A stretch of DNA of 64,000 nucleotides, taken from NCBI RefSeq assembly GCF_009914755.1, contig NC_060947.1; one strand, 5' to 3'. Positions 1 to 13,771 of the stretch are shown here, piece after piece. The first letter of the stretch is position 1. Each line of letters starts with the position of its first letter. The DNA is from the human T2T-CHM13v2.0 reference genome, Homo sapiens. Under the pieces are notes generated by a model, which was given only the letters and a program-made list of their open reading frames with translations, was not told the DNA's origin and searched no databases. The translations under genes were made by a program, and so were the position numbers.

Positions 1-477
1 GCTCCATTAAAATTTCAGAGATGACGCAAAATATAATGAATACAATTATGTATTTCATATTCTGTGTGTGAAGTATGTTTCTTCTTGTTTTTGTGCACAT
101 ATGTTTGTCTCCAAACAACCAATTTTCAAAAAATATCTAACTAGCTTTTTAATATATATAACATATAGAGCAAGTGAAACAACTGCTTATTTATTGGATT
201 TTCACTTTTCAAAAGATTTTTTGATGACATGTAAAAACAGTGCTAGAGCTGTTAATTGCTTCAGTTTCAGTGCCCATGCTGAAGTAGAGTTTATTTCTAA
301 AACCAGATCCTAAAGAAATAAATTGTAGATATTTTGAAAATACAGCCTTCATAACATTGAAAATCTGGAGGACTGACTGTGCAAAGTGGTGGGAATAGAC
401 ATAACAAAAGGAGACCTTCCCTCAAACCTTTACCCTACTTTCGATGGGCAGAATATTGACCTGGATCTATAGATGGC

Positions 478-1048
478 TGTTGTGAGACCTCGGTTCTTCT
501 TAGCTTAAAAGAATTTAAACAAGAGACACACAGCAAAGGAGATATAGTATAGAGCAATTTATTGCAAAGGACAAAGAATATTATGAAAGTTAGGTTCAGA
601 ACAGACAGTACACCCTGAGAGAGGATTCAGGGTGAGCTGCTCCTAAGGATGAGACCACCAAGACTGGCACTAGGGAGACTCCCTTTATGAGAGTCTTACA
701 TAATTATTCATAAAGGAGTGGGAAGAGGTGTTGCTATTAAGCATATTCTTGGTTGTCCTCTGGGTGCACATGCATAGTAGCTGTACATACTTGTTCATAC
801 ATTGCATGTCTCATTAGCATCTTAAATCTCTATCCAGGGGTGTGTTGCTTACTGTTATAATGAACAAAGGGTCGGTCTGAGGACAGGTGTAATCAAAATG
901 CATGTGCTCCCTGCAGGGGAAATTCCTTACTGTAGATAGCTGTGTTTGAATGAGCTGGACTACAGTGTGAGTGCTGGGGCTTATTGTGTTAACTGTATTG
1001 TCGCCATGTGAGGACATGTTTACTTCCTTGACTACCTATCCTGCCTCA
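478..1048 (-). mobile_element. Solo ERV1-class LTR (MER66/MER51-like)
   Basis: Minus strand begins TGAGGCAGGATAGGTAGTCAAGGAAG and ends in ACA. AATAAA on the minus strand near 560. About 570 bp. No TSD seen, subfamily uncertain. Confidence 0.65.
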
Positions 1049-1269
1049 GATCATCTCACTCAAATTCCCTCTGTGTAAAAGAGCAGAGATATACTGTTGG
1101 AGAATTTGGAATATTAGGTGATCATTTACAAAGTTGTTTGCATACCTTGAAAGGAAGCCATTAAATAAATATTACATTTTTGGCTCATTAATAATTTTAT
1201 CATGTCTAGTTAATCTTCAGATTTTAAAAGAGCTTAGCAAAACAGACTAAACTGTATCAGTGTTCACAA

Positions 1270-1860
1270 TAAAAAGCCATAAGATTGATACTTTTTCCTT
1301 AAGAACAGAATTAGAATTCTCCTGACAGAATTTTTTAAAGCACATTGAGTGATTTTAATAATCATAAAATTTAGCTGGGCAAGGAGGGAAGCTGCAGGGA
1401 CAGAAGGTGACTGACAGATACTGAAAAGTGGTATGACAGGTATTAATAGATTAAAGGAGGAAGAATTGTTGGAGTACTGTAGGTAGTGTGCTAGAAATAC
1501 AAAAGGTGGTAGTTCGTAAGCTGGATATTTAAAGGGATTGCAGTCTTTGCTGATGAGACTAAGCATATGACGACAGGAATGAGTGTGAGAGAGAACCTCA
1601 AGAAACTGAAAGGCCAGACTCTCAGAGGGTGAATATTGAAGTCACCAAGAATTATGACAGAAGTGTGAGTGCCTGGGTTTGAATCCTGATACTATGTACT
1701 TACCAGGTATATGTCCTTGGGCAAGTTATATAACCTTAGTTTCCTCATCAGTTAAAATGAGGATAATGATAGTATAGTTCTCTGAATTATCAGGAGTAAA
1801 CAATTTAATACTTATGAAACTCTTAGTATGTGGTATATGGCAAATGACATATAAATGTTT
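1270..1860. mobile_element. Degraded L2 fragment followed by a MIR (~1665-1860)
   Basis: L2-like purine-rich text (gaatattgaagtcaccaagaattatgac), then MIR core (ctgggtttgaatcctg...ccttgggcaagtta...tttcctcatc...aaaatgaggataat). Confidence 0.6.
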
Positions 1861-2775
1861 ATAATATTATCAGAATCATAATAACCATTATTATTTGTAT
1901 GATCCAGTCCTGTGTGAGTCTCCGCTTTTCATTCACTAGAAATTTATTAAGCGACTATTTCATGCCAGGCATTTTGCTAGGTATCCTGTTAAAACTTCTG
2001 AATTATTTTATTTGGCTGTTTTAGGCTTCAGGAATTTCAAGTGGAACAGAAATAATATACTGCAGCCTCACCAAAATAAAAGTTATTCTTGAAGTCTTTG
2101 CCATGAGTTCTCCTTGCTGAATTAAAATGCTGTTTAGTAAGGATACAGACCCAGGGGGAAATGGAGCAAACCAAAGCAGTGATTACTTGGATCTCTATAC
2201 TGGACAGGCTCACTGTAGCAAAAGAGATGCTTAGAAGCAGACTCAGCTGTAGGACATGAAAGAGAATCTAACCATATTTTTGAGGCATGGTGGTGTCCAA
2301 AATGTATGGTGATAGGAGATGGGAAGCAGCGAAGATAAAAAGTTATCCTTGTGGTGTTCCAACTTGAAACAGTGGGTTAATGTCTGGTAGTCAGGTTAAA
2401 CACAGAGAGCTACCATTTTGGAGGTTGGCTGTCAAGATATAGACACTTGGATGTTAGGAAATAAGATAGAGATCCAGTTACTGAGTAAAATCACTTATAT
2501 GATTATCTTCTTTAAAAAAAAAAAAAAAAACTATACCCTTAAAGTCTGGGGTTCCTAAGAGAGCTAACCTAGGCTATTCATTATTATTTATAAAAAGTAC
2601 CTTAAGTTTGCTTTATCACCTGGCCAATAGGCAATTTCACCTTCTGGCTCAAAACACATTTTCTCCATCTACACAAATGCCAACCATAATGTTGCATAAG
2701 AGTGAGTGTGTTTGGTAGACTTTAGCTAAAAATCAGTGTAAGTTTGAGCAGACATGGGGAAGAAAAACAATGTGA

Positions 2776-2913
<138 letters not shown>

Positions 2914-4411
2914 TAGGCTGGGTTGTTTGAACAATAAGCAAATTTAAATGTTCTGTAAATAGATTGTTATGGCTTCAGTGGAAAACTTATTCTATCATTG
3001 ACTTTATTGTACAACAAAACCAAGTAAGACCAACATTTGACTATCTTGACCCATTATTAAACAGATATTGTCTCTGAATGCCTTCTAAGGGGTTCCAGGT
3101 ACATAAGTATGGTGTTAAAAGTAAATATCTGATTATTATTTGAAAGGTAATATTTGGAACACAAGGTCAGGAGTGTGAAACTGCATAAAATAATTAAGTT
3201 CAGTGAATAGGAAGAGTTTATCATCAGTCCTCATCGGTCTGCAATGCAACCTCACCAGTTTTGTATGGAATCAACCTCAAAATGAGCATTGAAGCACATG
3301 GGTTAAAAGCTAATGGAAACTGGGCCAGTGACTTCTAACAAAAACCATGTAGAAATAGAAAAAAAAAAAACCGTGCTTTTTTTTCCTGTTCTGTTTGCTG
3401 CTCAGAGTTATCTTCTTACATGGGGGTGGGCTACTCTTGAAGGATCTACCAAAAGTAAGTTTTTATGTTCACTTATCCTGCTATAGAGATGAGCAATAGA
3501 GAGCAACTGAAAGTTTCCCTACTAAATAGGATTTGATCAAGTGTGGGTATGGTGGGCCCAGTGGGTCATGCTGCTACTTTGACTTTCTGAAGTAGAGAGC
3601 CGTAAGGTCGTAGGTGGAAAATAAAACAAATCAAAACAAAAAACTATTCATAGAATGTAAGTTCACTAAGCTTCCTTCATGATATGTTTGACCCGTTTTC
3701 TTGTTATTTCTAGCCAGTATACAGAATTTATTTTATTACTGCACAGATCCGCAGACCATATGGACAAGCAAGCATGAATATCTGATTCATTAGTCTTCTT
3801 AATACTTGTTTTATGGAGTGAGCATTTCTGAAAATGTTGATAAATACAGGAACATTGACAGATTCCTTTATATCTGTGTATTCATTCCATTTTCCAATCT
3901 TCAATTTCTAATCTCATTTGTTCTATAGAATAAATCAAGAAAAGTATAAAAGAGAAATGCTTATCACATGCTATCTCAGAGTCACTGTTTTGGGACTTCA
4001 TATTTTAGAGACTTTTGTTGATGGGGAGGGGAACCATGTGAAGTACTAAGAGCTGACTACCAATTTAAGCATAGAATTCCTGAACTAAATTTCCTGACTA
4101 TTGGTTCTTAATGTGGGCCTTAACTTCTCCAAGCATGCTACCTTGCATGCCACGGGCCGGTGTTTGTTATTGGGCTTTGGCAAAATCCCCATGAGGGTGA
4201 TTGTTACAAATTTTATAAGCCACACACCTAGAATTTCTGATTCAAGTTCCAGAGGTGATTCTAATGTAGTTGGTCCAAAGCTAAAACTTGGAGAAATAAT
4301 CTATCGACTGTCTATTTTTTATTGTCTTATCATACCAAATAATTAAGATATACTGTATTTCACTACATATTTTATAAGTTAAATCAAGTTAAAGTTCTGA
4401 AATGAAATATA

Positions 4412-4491
4412 TTAGATTGGGGCAAAAGTAATTGCGGTTCTTGCAATTAAAAGTAATGGGAAAAACTGCAATTACTTTTGCGCCAACCTAA
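4412..4491. mobile_element. MADE1 mariner-derived MITE, 80 bp, near-palindromic
   Basis: ttagattggggcaaaagtaattgcggtt...aactgcaattacttttgcgccaacctaa, with TA on both sides (4410-4411, 4492-4493). Confidence 0.93.
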
Positions 4492-4503
4492 TAGCACAAT
4501 TGA

Positions 4504-4836
<333 letters not shown>

Positions 4837-7800
4837 TGACTCTTTTGGGTAAAGTCTAGGTTATTTTTATCCTTTTACTAGATTTTCACAAAAGAGCCTA
4901 ACTTTAAAGTTTATGCCCTTAAAAAATGATGGGTAATTGATTTTTTTCTTAAGTTTATGTGTTCAATGAGTTCATAGTTGTAGCAAGTTGGATTTTAATG
5001 GGATAACTTAATATGCACAAAATTGATGGAGAACAATAATAAATAGCTGATTAATCATCAGTGTGATACTATGCAATGCACAGATAGCTATAAAATTCAA
5101 CATTAAAGATATAATTTTAATATAGTCATGATTCCATTTAAAAATGACCATCTATTATTTTCTAGACATGGAGAGTAGGGCTAGAGGTAAAATGGGAAGA
5201 CGTGAGACACCATTTTATGGGGAGAAAGACATGCTGAGAGTCCCAGTATAACTTAACTGTTGTGATGGGTGGGTGCAGAAAGTATAAGAGGAACATAGGA
5301 GAAATAGAGCCTTAGTCTTTAGGGGAAGTGAGAAAAGGCTTCAGAGTGGGGAGCATTTGAATGGAGAATAAAATATGAGAAGCAGTATTTTAGTGCGAAG
5401 GCATATGCAGGTGCGCCACAAATGTGTGAGAATGTGGCATGTTCCAAGGATTTTGTGTGGCTTATGATTGCTGGTTTATTAACAATTGGAGGAAATGGCA
5501 TGAGGAAAGGACAGTAGATGGGCCTGGAGTCATAGGTAAAGGTTAGATGAGGAACTGTATGATAAAGTACTTAGTTTCTTTCCTGCAGTAATAAAGAGCT
5601 ATTGAATAATTTTGAACTGGGAACTTGCGTGATCAAATCGGCCTATTGGATCTCTCTAGTGCAGAGCGTCATTTGAGAGATCAGAAGCAGGGCTATTAAG
5701 TCCAGGCCATATGGATGATGAGAAACTAGGATAATGGCCGTGTGGAAGCTGAGAATCATGTTAGCAAGAACATTTAATCCACAAAATTATGCATGTTAAA
5801 CCATTTTGGTTAAAAGGAGTTTGTTGTGTCACTGGAACTATAGCTTCTTATTAGGAGCCCTTGAAAAACATGGACTGCAAGTTTTTAAGTAATTTGAATG
5901 ATTGTGCTTAATGCTTAAAATATCAAAAAAATTTTAATCTGCCCCTGCTGTAGAAGGTATAGCATCTAGGCATTCAAAATGTGAAAGATTTAATAACTTA
6001 CAATTGAGTTGTTTCTCTGAGCAAATCTCTTAAATCATCTACTTATTCTATAGCTCTTCCATAAAACTAGAGTGTAGAAAAATGTTTTTTTTTTTGGACT
6101 ATAGTGTTATTAGCACTCCTAGGTGCCTCATTCTTTACCCTCCCTTCTCCCCAGTTACATACTCTCAGAAGTCTCTAAGACACTAGTGCCTGTATCAGAA
6201 TCTGCTCCGTTAAATGACTGATCGATTGAATTATTATTTTTTCCACAGACATTCAGAGTCAGCCTGAAATCAGTACTCTTAGTCGTTTGAAAGGGGACCA
6301 CTTTTGTTATTACCACTATTCAGAAGAGCTGTATGAGCACTGAGCTTCCTCTAGAATCTGGTGTTCCAGTCATAAGTAATACCCTGAACAAAAGTTTGAA
6401 GATGAGGGACAGATGGCCTATTCGAGAGGGTAGTTGGTAGTGAGAGATGAACCTAGAGAAGGAAGAAGAGACCATCACTTTGACTCAGAGTGTACAAATT
6501 ATTAAAAGTTTGGATTTATCCTGAGAGTAGTGAGTCATTGAAGGCACATTTAAATACTCAGCCTGCTCCATTCTGTCATGCATATCCTGACAGATGTTAT
6601 ACTGTGTGCGGAAGGAAAGTAGTTAAGTCTTGTGAATTATGAAGTATTAAATTAGGGAAGACAGTAAAAGGTGAGCCAAATTGGTAATCAGGAATATTGC
6701 GAATATTTTTGAGGAGTATAAATTGTTACCACCTTTCTGAAGGACATTGTTTAGTTATGTATATCAAGAATCTGATCTACTAACTTCACTTCTAGAAATT
6801 TATTCTAAGAAAGAAATCAGAGTCCACTTTTGCCTCCTGTTTTTATTATATGTCTTGAATCTGTAACATGGTATTTCCCAGATAGTTGACATCTATCTCA
6901 ACTAATTTTTGACAGAGGACCAGCACAGAGTAAGGAATATTGTTAACTTTGGGGGAGATCTTCCCCTATAATGCTGATACACCAATTCCAGAGTAGAAGG
7001 CTGGGTATTTCCTAACTCTGTTCTCAGGTTTAGAAGAAGCAAAATAATCGCTAACCCCCAAGTGCGTATTGGATATCTATAACCAATGTTGTAAAAGAGA
7101 GAACTCTAATTGGTGGGGTTTTTACTAGGCTCTTGAGTTCCCTTGAGGATCTCACCTTGCCCTTATTTAGTGCTTTCACAGTTAGCAAGGAAGTTTCCAC
7201 ATTTGATATGTCTTTTGAACTTCACAGCAACCCTATTTGCAAATAACAAAACTCAAACTCAGAAATGATTTACAAAAGCTGTTTTGCAAAAAAAAATACA
7301 AGTACTGTTGTCAGGACTAGAACCAAATCACCTACTCCAGGGGTCTTTCCGCACTCTATCCTGTTGCTTTGTGCATGGTACACATTCCATATACAGAGGA
7401 ATTTGTGCTTTAATGAATAAATGAGTGCATTTGAAAGGCTTGACTTGAAAAAACATGTGGCCTTGTATGATGATGTTAATAATGTTTTCAGTGCCTGGAT
7501 TGATTTCTTTTTTGCTTCATGTTACTATTTGTTAAGTTAGGGGAAACATACTGAGCTGCCGCTGTTATAAAACACAAATAGTTATTTAGCTTGATCTATT
7601 GCTGGGACAACAGAATATTATAGTTAACAATGCTTGGACCTTGGAGACAAAACAACATACGCTTAAATAATAGCTTTTTATATTTCACAGGAATTTCTGT
7701 TTTATTTTTACCTGTTTATACATGCTTATTTAAAAATGAAAGGCTTTTTTCTTATGTTAAATTTTCCTGAAAACACAATGTCAGTATCAATCTGTAATCT

Positions 7801-8299
7801 AATCGCTTTCATGATGAACCACTAATCTTCATTTTTGCCAATTACTCCTTTGGATAACATGGCCATGTTTAATGGAATAGGACTTAAGTGGAAGAGGACT
7901 ATGAAGATTGAGTATTGCATTTCATAGGCTTCTATCTCTGCCGTAATACTAGCTCTATGTAATCTAAAGATTTTAAGTTAAAAGTTAGAGAAAATTTAGT
8001 ATGAATTTAATAGCAAGATAATATCATCATTAAATCCCCTTAAACGGCAAAGTAAAGGGGTGTGTGCATGCATGCATATAGTGTTCCTTATAAGCACACC
8101 TAGAGTATAGTCTTCACTGTTCTGTTGTGGAAAACGTCCCAATAAAAATACACAAAGCAAGACAAATATTGTTTGGCTTCAGGGTTCAACTCATTATCCT
8201 ATAATGAAGACTTAGAAGTGTATGGGATTATAAAATACATTTTTATTAATTCCATATATCTGATATTCTAGTTCATATATATTTTTCTTAAACTTATTT

Positions 8300-8755
8300 A
8301 AAAGGAAATTATTCACTGTGCTGTAGCTACCCTAGTCATTGACCAGCTCTTTGCCACCACTTTCCTTTTCAACATGCTATTCCCGCTGCTGAGAATGCTT
8401 TTATCTCTTTTTTCTCCCAAGAATTCCTGCCTATCTAAACCTGAAATCACAAGGACATCTTCCCTGACCACTACCCTCTGAACTAAATCAGTTCTCCTAT
8501 TTTCTCTTATCATCCAGTAGTTTTTCTTCAAAACCTTTGTTGGGATTTTTAATTATATATTTATGTGAACATCTGCCTAGTGTCTTTCTCTCCTGTACAT
8601 GGTAGGACAGGTATGCCTATGTTCATGATGATAAGCAGGGACAATTTCTCCATTTTGTTCAGTACTGTATTTCAGCACCTAGTACAAATGTAGTACCTTA
8701 TAAGCTCTCAATAAAAATGTCATGAGTAAGTGAATTAATGAGTGAGTGAGTAAAT
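8300..8755 (+). mobile_element. L2 3' fragment
   Basis: Pyrimidine-rich L2 body ending ...cagcacctagtac...taagctctcaataaaaatgtcatgagtaagtgaattaatgagtgagtgag. Confidence 0.6.
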
Positions 8756-9124
8756 TTGACAGGAACTTCAGTGGCTTTCTCAGTGTCTTCAACCTGCAAA
8801 CATAGCCCCCTCCATCTCCTAGGTCAACCCCACAGGGGCGAACAATGCAAGAGGATTAGCTGCCTTACATCCCCTACCCTACCTCCTTCACTCCAGCTGA
8901 AAACTTCAGTTCCAGCTAGTTCTTGCTTGCTTCCTTTCCCTGCCATCTCATTACAAAGGTTCCAATATGCCCATCAGCCAAGCATGTTATGACATTTTTC
9001 AAAAGAGCATAACTTTATTTTACCTACTTACTGATTCTGTCTGAAAATGTGGAAGCTGTTAGCTGCCAAAGCCCTCATCTAACCTGAGAGTACATGAAGA
9101 CAAGGCAGACAGAAGTTTTTGTGT

Positions 9125-9125
<1 letters not shown>

Positions 9126-9165
<40 letters not shown>
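9126..9165. repeat. (GT)20 microsatellite
   Basis: Read directly. Confidence 0.95.
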
Positions 9166-9170
<5 letters not shown>

Positions 9171-9329
9171 TCAGATGTGGTAAGAAAAGTCTTTAAAGAA
9201 TAACTGAATTATTCTGAATCTCATCTTTAAATCTTGTAGGACTTATTTTTCCCCAATATGATGTGCATATGACAACTTGCTCTCACATTAAAGCTGCTGA
9301 ACTAAATTCATATACAAAATAATTACTTA

Positions 9330-9688
<359 letters not shown>

Positions 9689-10299
9689 TTATAGATTCAA
9701 GCAGTATGTAGGTATACTTTCATAAACTGAATACTGATGTAATTTTGGATGATTAAAAACAGACTTTTAGTAGGTGTTCAAAAATCTGGATAATTCCTTT
9801 CATGACATTCAAACATTTAGGTGGCCTGTCTTTGTTTTTTTAGGATATAACTGCAAACATTCAATTGTTTTATGTCTCATAAGTACTTTCAGCCACTCTG
9901 GCCAATTTGTGAGGTTTTGTGGCTTTTTTTGATGGAGGGAAGAGGGGTAGAACTGTTAAAAAACATTTTTATTTTTTTTTAATTTAGCAAGTAAATAAAC
10001 ATTATGAAAATGCTATTCTGATTACTTTACAAATACTATCTTATTTAAATCTCATAATGCTGTGAGGAAGCTCAGTTGCTGGTGTTATCCTCATTTTACA
10101 GACTAGAAAGCTGAGGCACATGGATTAATTAGGTAGTTATGTGGTAGAGCTAGGATTTGAACATTTGCACTCTGGCTCTTAGCATACTATATTGCCCCTC
10201 AAAAAATAGCATAATTTAACAGAAACCTAACAACAGTTGTATAGTGGCAACCACGTGTAAAGCCCAGTCTAAGTGCAGTGGTATATACAAAGACTAATA

Positions 10300-12751
10300 C
10301 AGGCATATCTCAGAGATAATGCATGTTCAGTTCCAGACAACCACAATAAAGTGAATATTACAATAAAGCAAGTCACACAAGATTTTTTAGGTTCCCTGTG
10401 CATATAATAGTTATGTTTATACTATACTGTAGTCTGCTAAGTGCACAATAGCATTATGTCTAAAAAACAATGTACATAACTTAATTAGGAAATATTGCTA
10501 AAATATGCTAATGATTATGTGAGCCTTCAGCAAGTTATTATTATTATTATTATTATTTTTGCTGGTGGAGGGTTTTACCTCAATGTTGATGTCTGCTGAC
10601 TAATCAGGGTGGTGGTAGCTGAAAGTTGGGGTGGTTATGACAATATCTTAAAACAAAATGACAAAGTTTGCTCTATCAATTTACTCTTCCTTTCACAAAA
10701 TATTTATTAGCAGCATGAGATGCTGTTCAACAGCATTATATCCACAGTAGAACTTCATTCAAAATTGGGGTCAGGCTCTACTTCCAATTCTAGTTCTCTT
10801 GTTATTTCCACAACATTTGCAGTGACTTCCTCCACTAAAGTTTAGAACCCCTCAAAGTCATCCAGGAGGGTTGGATTCAATTTCTTCTAAATTCTTGTTA
10901 ATCTTGATATTTTGACCTCCTCCTGTGAATCACAAATGTTCTTAATGGCATCTAGAATAGTGAATTCTTTCGACAAGGTTTTCAATTTACTTTGCCCAGA
11001 TCCATCAGAGGAATCACTATCTATGGCAGCTATAGCCTTACAAAATGTATTTCTTAAATAATAAGACTTGAAATTTGAAATTACTCCTTGATCCATGGGC
11101 AGCTGAATGGCTGATATATTAGCAAACATGAAAACAACATTAACCTTGTACATCTCCAACAGAGCTCTTGGTTGACCAGGTACATTGTCAATGAGCAGTA
11201 ATTTTGAAAGGAATCTTTTCTTTCTGAGCAGTAGGTCCCAATGATGGGCTTAAAATATTCAGAAAACCATGCTATAAATAGATGTGCTGTTTTCCAGGCT
11301 TTGTTGTTTCATTTATAAAGTACAGGCAGAGTTAATTTAGCATCGTTCTCAAGGGCCCTAGGATTTTCAGAATGGTAAATGAGCATTGGCTTCAAGTTAA
11401 AGTCATCAGCTCCATCAGCCCCTAACAAGAGAGTCAGCCTGTTTTATGGTTTGAAGCTAGGCATTGACTTCTCTCAAGCTATGAAAGTCCTAGATGGCAT
11501 CTTCTTCCACTGCAAGGCATTTCATCTGTATTGAAAATTCTATTGTTTAGTGTAGCCACCTTCATCAATGATCTTAGCTAGATCTTCCGGATAACTTGCT
11601 GCAGCTTCTCCATCAGCACTTGTTACTTCACCTTGCACTTTTTTTGTTATGGAGATGCCTTCTTTCCTTAAACCTCATAAACCAGCCTCTGCTAGCTTCC
11701 AGCTTTTCTTCTGTAGCTTCCTTACCTCTCTGATCCTTCATAGAATTGAAGAGAGTTAGGGCCTTGCTCTGGATTAGGCTTTGGTTTAAGGGAATGTTAT
11801 GGCTGGTTTGATCTTCTATCCAGACCACTCAAACTTTCTCCCTATCAGCAATAAGGCTGTTTCGTTTTCCTATCATTTTTATATTGGAGGCCTTGCTTTC
11901 AGTATATCTTGGCTTTTGACATGCCTTCCTCACTAAGCTTAATCATTTCTAGCTTTGATTTAAAGTGAGAGACGTGTGACTCTTCCTTTCACTTGAACAC
12001 TTAGAGGCCATCGTAGGGTTAATTAATTGGCCTAATTTTAATACTGTTGTTTCTCAGGGAATAGAGAAGCCTGAGGAGAGGAAAAGAGATCGGAGAACAG
12101 CCCATTGGGAGAACAGTAAAAACAGACACAACATTTATTAAGTCTGTTGTCTTACATGGCTTCTTTCTTTAATCCTCATAAACCAACCTCTGCTAGCTTC
12201 CAACTTTGCTTCTGCAGCTTCCTTACCTCTCTCAGCCTTCATAGAATTGAAGAGAGTTAGGGCCTTGCCCTGGATTAGGCTTTGGTGTAAGGGAATGTTG
12301 TGGCTGGTTTTGATCTTCTATCCAGACCACTTAAACTTTCTTCTGTTTTCTTCTGTGTCAGCCTGTCTTTTGAAGCTTTGAAGCCAGGCATTGACTTCTC
12401 CTCTCTAGCTATGAAAGTCCTAGATGGCATCATCTTCCACTATAAGGCTGTTTCATCTATATTGCAAATGTGTTATTTAGTGTACTGTTGTTCATGGCAC
12501 CCCAAAATAATTACAGTAGTAACATCAATGATCACTGATCACAGATCACCATAACAGATATAATAATAAAGAAAAAGTTTTAAATATTGTGAGAATTACC
12601 AAAATATGATACAGAGACACGAAATGAGCACATGCTATCGGAAAAATGGTACCAATAGACTCATTCAGCACAAGATTGCCAGAACCTTCCATTTGTAAAA
12701 ATTGCAATCTTCAAAGAATAAATTGAAGCACAGTAACAGGAGGTATCCCTA
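10300..12751 (-). mobile_element. Near full-length Tigger1 DNA transposon with internal rearrangement; transposase broken
   Basis: Terminal inverted repeat (TIR) caggcatatctc at 10300 and gaggtatcccta ending 12751, with TA flanks. Minus-strand ORFs 10887..11159 ([22 protein letters not shown] region) and 11628..11828 ([18 protein letters not shown]-type HTH). Confidence 0.95.
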
Positions 12752-12779
12752 TAATATTTCCACTGCTAATATTACTAAT

Positions 12780-12990
12780 AGCTAGCATTTACTGATTACT
12801 TACTAAGCTCCAATGCTAAGCACTTAAATACAGTATCTCTTGGAATCTTCAAAATGATCCTATGAGGTTGATATCATTATTTCTATTCTGCAGAACTGAA
12901 AGGAACTGGAACACAGAATTTACCTTAAAGAGCTAGAAAATAGCAGAGTTTAGAAATGAGTCCAAGCATCCTGACTCCAAAATTCACACC
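12780..12990 (-). mobile_element. MIR
   Basis: agctagcatttactga...aatcttcaaaatgatcctatgagg...ctgactccaaa. Confidence 0.6.
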
Positions 12991-13771
12991 TTTGTGTGAC
13001 TAAAGCCATATCTGCTCATAAGGATTTTATCATCTATTAGGGAAGACAGAGCTATTATTATCACAATAATGGAAAAACTGTGATATTACTAACATATAAA
13101 CATTCATAATTAAATTTACCTGCAGTTATAAAGGTTGGTTTGTCTAACGGCTGCCTGACTTAGCTGCATTCTTTCAGGATAAAAGTAATTCAAAGAAGAG
13201 ATCAGTTATTTTAGTGGCAAAGAAGCCACCTCTAAGCCGTCACTTGTTTATAACAACCAATTTCTCTCCGTTTTGACTTTATTCACCCAGAAGACAGCTG
13301 TATTACAGAATGACATGATGTTTCTCCCAATCAAGGTACATTTAGACATGTTAGAGTACAACAGTACACTAAATATTATCATATTCATTTGTATATTCTC
13401 TGATTCCTATGGATGACTTTATTATTTCTAAAATGTTTCATAGTAGCATTTGCAAACCCCTACATGGGAACAGTCTGTACTATGAAAAGTATTTCCCAGT
13501 GGGCTGCTTCCCTACAGCAGTGATTCCCAAAGTATGGGCCATCCTTGGCAAAGGGCTCTGATGACTGAGGTCTGACCCAGAAGTGACAGTACTTTCTTTG
13601 ATTCTTATGGGCAAATAACACATCACAAACTTCCATTTTCACTTGTGACTAGATATTGCTTACTAGTAACCTACTAAATGAGTTTAAAAGGTTACAAATT
13701 GAATAATCATAAAATAATACATTCATAGAATTTATTGAATATTCTAATTTAGTATTTTTTCAGTATGCCTG

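Noticed and set aside
10887-11828. Transposase-like minus-strand ORFs as a TIGD1-like gene
   Set aside because: Short fragments separated by frameshifts and stops inside a decayed Tigger1.
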